A stretch of 64,000 nucleotides of DNA from Piromyces finnis finn (taxonomy: Eukaryota > Fungi > Neocallimastigomycota), in NCBI GenBank assembly GCA_002104945.1, contig MCFH01000051.1:1-64000 (forward strand), in the 5' to 3' direction. This document shows positions 42,637-50,435 of the stretch, piece after piece (the stretch's first letter is position 1; the number at the start of each line of letters is the position of its first letter). The position numbers were made by a program, and so were the translations under genes. The notes beneath the pieces are model-generated. The model was given only the letters and a program-made list of their open reading frames with translations. It did not search any database and was not told the origin of the DNA.

Positions 42637-42841
42637 AAATAAATTAAATACCTTTTTATTTTAAAAAGAATAATAAATATAACAATCAATAAATATACCG
42701 AAATATATACCAATAATACATTAATAATAATAATTAATTAACTATTTCAAAAATATATAATTTTAATTTTTAATTTAAAACTATCATTTCATTTATTTTA
42801 ATATTATAATGTAAATAACCATTTTTTAATAATTAAGGAAT

Positions 42842-42843
<2 letters not shown>

Positions 42844-42898
<55 letters not shown>

Positions 42899-45800
42899 GG
42901 CATCAAATATTTTAAACTTTATTATTAATTTAATTAAAATTATAATACATTTAACATAAAAAATTAAAAATAAAAATAAAAAAAAATATGTTTAATTAAA
43001 CACAAATGAATAAAAATTGGGTATAATGTATTCTAGTAATTTTAATTAAAGTAAGAAAGCCACTATCATACTAAAATATAATAATTGTATTTGACTTCCA
43101 ATGGGACACCGAGCCAAAGATCAAAATTTTATCATGGGACAAAATTATGATCTCCATTGGTTGCGCTGGCCCTCCTGGCCTGTCTTACTGTTTCTTCAGC
43201 ATTGACGCTCTTGGATGTTGCTTCAAACCTTTTGAACATTGACCATTGCTGGCCAATAGCAAAAGGCATGATTTTGGTTAGAAGTTCCGCGGTTACCGTC
43301 AAGAATGGTGTTCCTTCATTAGTACCAGATTGAATCTGACGCTTACAAAGTTCTTTCCATTCCCTTGAATTGTAATTGATATTGTTAAAACTTCTTCCCC
43401 CAAGAAGGAATTTAAATATTTTACTGCACACACTAGAATAATCATACACATTAATATTCACCGGATTATTAGAACTATTACTATCATTAACTAAATTACT
43501 ATCTAAATTAGAATTATTATCTTCACTATTGTTATCATTACTAATATTATTATTTCTATTACTACTATTGTTATTATTACTATTGTTACTATTACTATTG
43601 TTAATACTACTATTGTTACTATTACTATTAATGTTATTGCTATCTCTACTGATATTAACATTTTCATTATTATTGATAGGACTATTGGAATTACGTTGAC
43701 TGAAAAAATTTAATAGATGGACTATGGAATCATAATGTTTAATACGGATATCTCTAAATGTTGGACAATCTAATAACCAATGTTTAATACTTTGATCTCC
43801 ACACTTGCAACATGGACAGTAGTTAGGACAAACTGGATCAACAAATTTAGCAGCTTTGGCAACTCTAGCATCCAACTTGTATCCGTTTCTTGCTTTCAAT
43901 AGCCAGTAGAAGCCATAGGCAAACTCTGGGTACTCATAACATAATTTAATAAAATCTTTAGTTTCAATAAATTTATTATCATCATAATATTGCGCTTTGA
44001 TTGAATTCCCTTTGAGATCTTTCCAATAAAAGTTTTTAACTGCTTTAACATCTCCATGCTTCTTTAATTTTTTATCAAGTGTCCTACTTGATTTGCACCA
44101 CGTGTATTTTCTAAATTTAGGAATGTAATTGACAAGGTGTGAGATAATACAACTTGAGTTTTTCCATTTGTTAAAACATCTAACCTGAGCTAACGCACAT
44201 TTGGCTGACAATGGAGGAATATTCAAATCTTTTGAGATAGAGTATAAAGATATAAACGATACAGCTTTATGAACTCCGGCAATCCATCGTATTCCTTTGT
44301 TAACATGCTTCTGAGCAATCCTAGACCTAGCTTTGTTGGATCCAAGTAATGGTGCAAAGTATGAAACTCTGCTAATCACTTGTGAGTTAAGTACTAGTTT
44401 TTTGAAAGGAATAGGAATATTAGGATTTCTTAAGAATTTACTGACTGAGAAAAGCCCTTTCAAAACCTTGTTATTGAGAGTTTTAATTACTGGTTTAAGG
44501 GACAGATTCTTATCAAATGGAACACCAAGATAAGTATAACAATCAGTAGTTGGAATGGGTTGTCCTGCTAAGTAAAATGTTGGATCTCTCTTGTTCTGAT
44601 TTTCTATTGATTCAGGACGAATCACCATCGTTGAACACTTCTGGATACCAAATTCCATTTCATTATACAAGGCCCATTCATTAACTCTTCTAAGCATCTT
44701 TTTTAAGTATCCTCTTGTTGGAGCACAAATAACTATATCATCTGCAAAAAGTCCACCACAGCATCGAGTGTCACCTAAACTGACTCCTAGATCTTCACAC
44801 TCTTTAAATATATCATTAATAAAGAGATTAAGGAGAATAGGAGAAAGAGGGCAACCTTGACGGACTCCTTTCTTCACATCAAAAGATTTCGAGAATTGTC
44901 CATTTAATTTGACATTAGCCTTAGATGTTAAATATAAATTTTTGATGAATTGTAAACTCTTACCTCGGATTCCTAAACAATCTAATTTATGGAGAATATT
45001 ACCGATTGGGACTGAATCGTATGCTTTCCTGAGATCTAAAAAGGCCAAATATGTCTCTTTATTATCTAATTGACGTCTACGGCATATTTCTTGGATTGAA
45101 ATGAAAAGACTGATACTTTCTTCCTTTTTTCGAAAACCAAATTGTTCAGGTCTAATGAAATTATTCTTTAAACCATATTCTGAGATTCTAGTGGTGACAA
45201 TTTTGGAAATCAACTTAATACCATTATTGATAAGTGATATACCTCGATAGTTATCACAATCTGTCAAATCTCCCTTCTTAGGAATAGAAACAATACTGGA
45301 TTCATTCCATGAGTTGGGGAAGTCTCCATCCCAAATACGGTTAAATAATTTAAGAATAAAATTTAAACCATGAGCGTCATTATCTGAAGTGGTATTACCG
45401 GAAGAATTATTATCTGTAGCATTATTAGAATCATTACTTGATGGAATTAATGCTTTGTAAAATTCAATTGGAATACCATCCGGACCTGATGCTTTATAAT
45501 TCGGAGTAGAGAGGATAGCTGACTTGACTTCATCAATACTAATATCTTGGTTGATATCCCACTCATCAAGCATAAGAAGTGAAAAACGTTTATTCGTTGG
45601 TTCTTCATACCAATGCTCCAAATCAAGACTTACACCACTTGGATCTGATGCAAGGTTTTCGAAATGATCATGCCACACTTCAAGTTGTTCTTCCGTAGCA
45701 ACAACTAATTCTCCATTTTTGTTTTTAATTGGTTGAGCAATAAAGAAAGAATCTTTTCCAATTTTTGCAGTTTTCTTGATCCATTTCCAGGCCTTCTTAG

Positions 45801-48420
45801 GATTATGACTCTTCATATACTCACATCCTGTTTTAATCCAATGAAGATATTCTTGCTTCCTAAATTCATTACATCTTTTGTGGATGTAATCAATGAGCTT
45901 ACGGTAGATTTTAATTCTTTTAATAAATTCATCTATATCATAAATTCTTTCTTTTTTAAATCTCTTATACAACTTCATTTTGATTTTTTGGAGATTAAAA
46001 ATTTGTTGTGAAATATGAAATGAAGACTTTATAACATTATTTGCTGAGGTAATACTGAGCTCGTCTGCAATTGAAAAAGCAGTTGAAGTAAATTCTTTGG
46101 AAAGTTCATCTGTAGAAACATTAGGATCGTTGAATTTTGCTGAAAGTATTTGGAATTTATTATGACTGAGAATAGATTCCTTTTCCTCAATACATTTTAA
46201 TCTATTCCATTTCAGAATTTTCTTAGGAACGTTAAAGTCATTAGAAAAATCTTCCATAGGAATAATTTTACCATTAATAAGAAGTGGCTTATGGTCTGAT
46301 ACTGGATAAAAATTATTTATAAATGATCCTGAGTGAATAAGATCTTTCATCTTCGAATTGATAAGAGCATGGTCAATGTCGGAAGATTGTTCACCTCGAG
46401 TCCAAGAGATAGTAGACCCTCTAAGCGGAAGAATTTCCCAATCTCCTAATCCATTAGTTGATAACCAGTTGGATAATTTTACTTTAGACATATTAAAATC
46501 ACCAACAAGAATCGATGGATGGGATGAATGAGTTTGTAACCACAAGCGAACTTCTAACTTTGCATGATCAACATAGATGTTGTGATGACTATGAGGCATA
46601 TAAACATTTCCAATCGAGCATTTGAATCTATTCCAGAGACTAAAAGTATAAATAGAAATAATATACTTTCCAGAGAAGTTTTCAAGTGAGGCTTGACACG
46701 AATTGTGAAAACCTAAATATAAACCTCTCATTCCAGGAACTGATTCGTCAGCTTTCTTGAAAAAGTGTCTATAGTTTCGCAAAGTAACACGACAAGGATA
46801 ATCTGTATTCGATCCAGAACCATTACCAGTTTCTTGGAAACATAAGAATAATGGTTTGAAAATAGCTGTGAAATAGCTAATACTATCTCTCTTTTCATGA
46901 TTCCACCCATTGGTGTTCCAACTAAGACAAAAAGAAAAGTTATCAGGCTTGTTGGATGAGGAAGAATCGTTGCTATTATTATTATTATCAAGGTCATCAT
47001 TATTAATGGATGATGCATCAGAGGAATAAGTAGAACTATTACTAGATGGCTGTGAAACTGAAGAACTATCAACTATTGAACTGTTAGCAGAGTTGATAGA
47101 GCTATTAGAATTAATTGTTGAATGTTGAGATTGAAATTGTGTTTGCTGTAGATCTGGAATATTTTCATGATTGGAAACTTGTTGAAGATCTTGTTGAAGA
47201 TCTTGTTGAAGATCGGATTGTTGATGAGATTGTTGAACTGATTGTTGAAATGATTGTTGAATAGAATGTTGATGTTTATTAGAAACTAAAATTTTACGTT
47301 TGAGAGTGGAAAAAGTGTATTTGTGATTCCTTCTACTACGAGCTGAAAAGGAAATTGAGGTAACTGAAAGTTTCTTCTTTAACATGTGTAAGATTTTAAT
47401 ACAATCTTTTGATGAACCATGAACCTTGACTAAGAAAAAGTGATCATTAAAAGTTTGAAAATATTTAACACTAATAACTGAATTAAATTTATCTTCTAGA
47501 ATAACCTCGAGTTTTTCCCATAGCATATTTACTGACCATGATCGAATACCACGGATAAAGAAGGAGCGAATATCATCTAAGGGGATACCATAAGACCGGG
47601 TACCACGTCTGATATAATTCTTATCTTTAATATAAAGGACTGACATGATAATAAATTCTAATTAAAAAATATTGAATATAAAATAAATACTAATAAAAAT
47701 TACAAATATAACGTATATGGAAAAAAATCTGTCTCTCTCTCTCTTCTTAAAAGTACTGGATAGTACAAAAATTGTTACGATGCTTTGTTTAAAGTTTCTT
47801 TTTTTTGAATTCTAGTTGTAAATTTTCTTTAAAAATTCTAGTTTTGGTTTGTTGTTAGTAAATTCGATTCGCTTTTTGACACTAAAATTGTTTGACTTTA
47901 CTTTTCATTAAATATTTAAATTGGTAAAAAATTTGAATCAAGAATGTCGACACCAGAAAGCTTGTGAATAGTATTTTTACATGATGTAGAGTGAATCAGT
48001 CTCTTACAAGAAACAATACAACAATAGCTACATGAATATAAAAATACAATGCAAATGCTAAAGTTGACTACATTGGATTCTTACAAGAGAAGAGTAGTAC
48101 TACATGAATACATGAATAAAAGAAAAAAATACAGCAACAAAATGTATTACTCTTCTAATTAAATACTATACAAACTTACCTGAGTATCAAACATTCAACT
48201 TATTCATCAAATACTTAAATTCGATGAATAAAATGTTTTTTAATCGCTCAGTACCATGAGCTTAGTCCTAATAATTTTCCCTTAAAGACTAACCAAGCAT
48301 CCATTGCGCAATGCTTGGATTTAATTCTTTCTACTCTCTCAGTACCATGAGCATGAGTAGACCCCCTTGATAAACTACATTTATTAAATAAATGAAAGCA
48401 CGTTCCCAAGAGGGAAATAT
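42844..48420 (-). mobile_element. Apparently full-length non-LTR retrotransposon (LINE), single ORF, poly(A)-tailed
   Basis: 52-nt T run at 42844-42895 (poly(A) on the minus strand), ~235-nt 3'UTR and an intact 1504-aa ORF. The GC-richer structured leader ends near 48420, where composition returns to extreme AT. The 5' boundary is inferred and no convincing TSD was found. Confidence 0.9.
43132..47646 (-). CDS. Non-LTR retrotransposon polyprotein: RRM-like / APE endonuclease / reverse transcriptase / CCHC knuckle
   Basis: APE motifs SWNTNG, CFQET, ILVGDFN, DIDHAL and SDHKPL. RT motifs KASGPDG, NYRGISL, QFGFR, FLDLRKAYDSV, GVRQGCPLSP, LFADD and YTYLG. C-terminal C-x2-C-x8-H-x4-C (CPCCKCGDQSIKHWLLDC). 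No RNase H recognised. Confidence 0.96.
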   Translation of the reverse strand: MSVLYIKDKNYIRRGTRSYGIPLDDIRSFFIRGIRSWSVNMLWEKLEVILEDKFNSVISVKYFQTFNDHFFLVKVHGSSKDCIKILHMLKKKLSVTSISFSARSRRNHKYTFSTLKRKILVSNKHQHSIQQSFQQSVQQSHQQSDLQQDLQQDLQQVSNHENIPDLQQTQFQSQHSTINSNSSINSANSSIVDSSSVSQPSSNSSTYSSDASSINNDDLDNNNNSNDSSSSNKPDNFSFCLSWNTNGWNHEKRDSISYFTAIFKPLFLCFQETGNGSGSNTDYPCRVTLRNYRHFFKKADESVPGMRGLYLGFHNSCQASLENFSGKYIISIYTFSLWNRFKCSIGNVYMPHSHHNIYVDHAKLEVRLWLQTHSSHPSILVGDFNMSKVKLSNWLSTNGLGDWEILPLRGSTISWTRGEQSSDIDHALINSKMKDLIHSGSFINNFYPVSDHKPLLINGKIIPMEDFSNDFNVPKKILKWNRLKCIEEKESILSHNKFQILSAKFNDPNVSTDELSKEFTSTAFSIADELSITSANNVIKSSFHISQQIFNLQKIKMKLYKRFKKERIYDIDEFIKRIKIYRKLIDYIHKRCNEFRKQEYLHWIKTGCEYMKSHNPKKAWKWIKKTAKIGKDSFFIAQPIKNKNGELVVATEEQLEVWHDHFENLASDPSGVSLDLEHWYEEPTNKRFSLLMLDEWDINQDISIDEVKSAILSTPNYKASGPDGIPIEFYKALIPSSNDSNNATDNNSSGNTTSDNDAHGLNFILKLFNRIWDGDFPNSWNESSIVSIPKKGDLTDCDNYRGISLINNGIKLISKIVTTRISEYGLKNNFIRPEQFGFRKKEESISLFISIQEICRRRQLDNKETYLAFLDLRKAYDSVPIGNILHKLDCLGIRGKSLQFIKNLYLTSKANVKLNGQFSKSFDVKKGVRQGCPLSPILLNLFINDIFKECEDLGVSLGDTRCCGGLFADDIVICAPTRGYLKKMLRRVNEWALYNEMEFGIQKCSTMVIRPESIENQNKRDPTFYLAGQPIPTTDCYTYLGVPFDKNLSLKPVIKTLNNKVLKGLFSVSKFLRNPNIPIPFKKLVLNSQVISRVSYFAPLLGSNKARSRIAQKHVNKGIRWIAGVHKAVSFISLYSISKDLNIPPLSAKCALAQVRCFNKWKNSSCIISHLVNYIPKFRKYTWCKSSRTLDKKLKKHGDVKAVKNFYWKDLKGNSIKAQYYDDNKFIETKDFIKLCYEYPEFAYGFYWLLKARNGYKLDARVAKAAKFVDPVCPNYCPCCKCGDQSIKHWLLDCPTFRDIRIKHYDSIVHLLNFFSQRNSNSPINNNENVNISRDSNNINSNSNNSSINNSNSNNSNNNNSSNRNNNISNDNNSEDNNSNLDSNLVNDSNSSNNPVNINVYDYSSVCSKIFKFLLGGRSFNNINYNSREWKELCKRQIQSGTNEGTPFLTVTAELLTKIMPFAIGQQWSMFKRFEATSKSVNAEETVRQARRASATNGDHNFVP

Positions 48421-49034
48421 TAAATTACATCCTTTTTAAATAATAATTATACTAAAAATTTTAAATATGTGTTAAAATATCTAAAAAAAATTTTCTAATT
48501 ATTATTCCAATAAGTTATTATTATTTTAAAGAAAGTAAATATTTTAAATATAAATGAATAAAAATAAATAATTTTTAGATAATTATTCTAAAAAATTATT
48601 TTGGAATTGTCCATAACGTTTTTTAATATAAAATATTATACATAAAATGAATTTTGATTACACATACACATTTAAACTACTATATATGCAATTATTAGAA
48701 TAAAACACAATTTTTATATTTTTATATTTTTTTATTAATTAAAATTATTTTCTATTAAATACATAAAATTAAAATTACTTAAATTAAAGACGCTTATTAA
48801 TTATTTGATAGTAAATTTAAAATAAAAAATTTATAAATATATTATAAAATTTTTATTTTAAAAGTATTAAATTATTATTACTAAAATATTTAAAAAAAAA
48901 AAAATTAAATTAAGTTTTATGAAATAATCTTAATAGATGATTTAAGTCTATCCAAAAAAAAAATTAAAAGTGATATAAAAAAGTATATCTACTTTAAATT
49001 CATTAATTATTCTTAAATAATAGGGTTATTAAAT

Positions 49035-50435
49035 TTATGATTTACTAGCAATATCCTTTTCAGTAACGATTTGTGGAAGTTGTTCAACAGATTCAACTGG
49101 AAGGTTGTTGTTCATGTTAACGGCAGAAGCCATGTTCATTAAATCAGCTTGAGAGTAAGAAACATAATCGTAAGCAACTTCACCCATTTCAGATTGATCA
49201 ACACCGAATACTTCAGCATCACGTTCAACACGAATTCTTAAACCTGGAATCATGTCCATAACCTTAAGAATAATGAAAGTAAGACAGAAGGACCAGCAGA
49301 AACCAGAAACACAACCAATGAATTGGTATAATAATTGATTCCAGTCACCATCAATCCAACCACCTTGTTCCTTGTAAGATAAGGCACCATCTAAATCTTG
49401 AATGTATCTTTGTGAGAAGATACCAGTTAAAAGGTTACCAGTGATACCACCAACACAGTGTACACCGAAGACATCAAGGGCATCATCAAAACCAATCTTA
49501 TCCTTAATCTTAATACCAAAGTTACAAACGCAAGCGGTAATGAAACCAATAGCAGCAGCTGGACATGGAGAAACGAAACCAGCACCTGGAGTAATACCGA
49601 CTAAACCAGCAACAGCACCAGAACAGAAACCAAGAGCAGAAAGCTTCTTTTCACGGTGATAATCAATAAGAACCCAAGTAATACCACCAACGGCAGTAGA
49701 TAAGTTAGTAGTTAAAAGAGCCATACCAGCACGAGCATTAGCACCAAGAGCAGAACCAGCGTTGAAACCGAACCAACCGAACCATAATAAAGCAGTACCT
49801 AAGAAGACATTGGAAAGGTTGTGTGGCTTGAATTTTTCCTTACCTAAACCTTGACGCTTACCTAAAACAATTGAATAAGCTAAACCAGCAGCACCAGAAG
49901 CAATGTGGACTGGTGTACCACCAGCAAAATCGACAGAACCTAATTTTCTTAACCAACCATTTTCAGACCATGACCAGAAAGCAATTGGATCATAAACAAC
50001 AGTGGTCCAAATGAAAATGAAAACAATAGTTGGAAGAACTCTCATACGTTCGGCTGGACCACCAAAAATAAGACCAGCAGTAATAATAGCGAAAGTCATT
50101 TGGAAGCAAGCAAAGACAGAAATTGGAAGGGTTGGAACAAATGGTAAAGCATCATTTGGACCATTCATGTGACGACCAAAAGCATATTGGAAATCACCAA
50201 TAAGACCATTCTTTGAAGTTTCAGAGAAAGTTAAAGAAAAACCAAACATCCACCATTGAACAGAAACAACAGCAATAGCAATGAAACAAACCATAATTAA
50301 AGAAAGGGCAGACTTTGAACGAGCCATACCAGAATAGAAATAAGCAAGACCTGGGGTCATAATCCATACTAAACCAGTACAGATAATTTGGAAGGCGACA
50401 TCACCTGTATCAAAACTAACTTTTTCATCAGCCAT
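49035..50435 (-). CDS. AMT: Ammonium transporter, fungal Mep/Amt type (466 aa, intronless)
   Basis: MTPGLAYFYSG, FQMTFAIIT, DFAGGTPVHIASG, LLWFGWFGFNAGS, GLVGITPGAG, DDALDVFGVHCVGG; about 11 TM segments; both pore histidines present. Confidence 0.97.
   Translation of the reverse strand: MADEKVSFDTGDVAFQIICTGLVWIMTPGLAYFYSGMARSKSALSLIMVCFIAIAVVSVQWWMFGFSLTFSETSKNGLIGDFQYAFGRHMNGPNDALPFVPTLPISVFACFQMTFAIITAGLIFGGPAERMRVLPTIVFIFIWTTVVYDPIAFWSWSENGWLRKLGSVDFAGGTPVHIASGAAGLAYSIVLGKRQGLGKEKFKPHNLSNVFLGTALLWFGWFGFNAGSALGANARAGMALLTTNLSTAVGGITWVLIDYHREKKLSALGFCSGAVAGLVGITPGAGFVSPCPAAAIGFITACVCNFGIKIKDKIGFDDALDVFGVHCVGGITGNLLTGIFSQRYIQDLDGALSYKEQGGWIDGDWNQLLYQFIGCVSGFCWSFCLTFIILKVMDMIPGLRIRVERDAEVFGVDQSEMGEVAYDYVSYSQADLMNMASAVNMNNNLPVESVEQLPQIVTEKDIASKS

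Larger units (their letters stand above)
36770..42664. repeat. Large inverted repeat: arms 36770-39459 and 39974-42664, 514-bp unique spacer
   Basis: The reverse complement of the left arm matches the right arm over ~440 bp of upstream non-coding DNA beyond the start codons' flanks, the whole PFL CDS and ~28 bp past the stop. Weaker homology continues to about 36650/42820. Confidence 0.96.

Noticed and set aside
48172-48420. U1 snRNA on the plus strand: starts ACTTACCTG, has a closing helix, a CCATTGCGC loop resembling the U1A site and a terminal hairpin
   Set aside because: No U1-70K loop and no AU4-6G Sm site after the closing helix, and G-U pairs favour the minus strand. ACTTACCTG is equally the complement of a splice donor. 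An Rfam search would settle it.
48240-48420. Hammerhead or HDV-like ribozyme at the LINE 5' end
   Set aside because: No CUGANGA...GAAA core on either strand, and no P1 partner or P3/L3 for the GGGGGU segment.
42820-48430. Target-site duplication for the LINE (AATTA at both ends)
   Set aside because: Only a 5-bp AT-only match, expected by chance.
31071-49659. Short ORFs overlapping PFL, LINE and Amt genes, including the mirrored 74-aa ORFs 37006..37230 and 42204..42428
   Set aside because: Antisense or alternate-frame shadows of strongly codon-biased genes; the mirrored pair simply reflects the palindrome.
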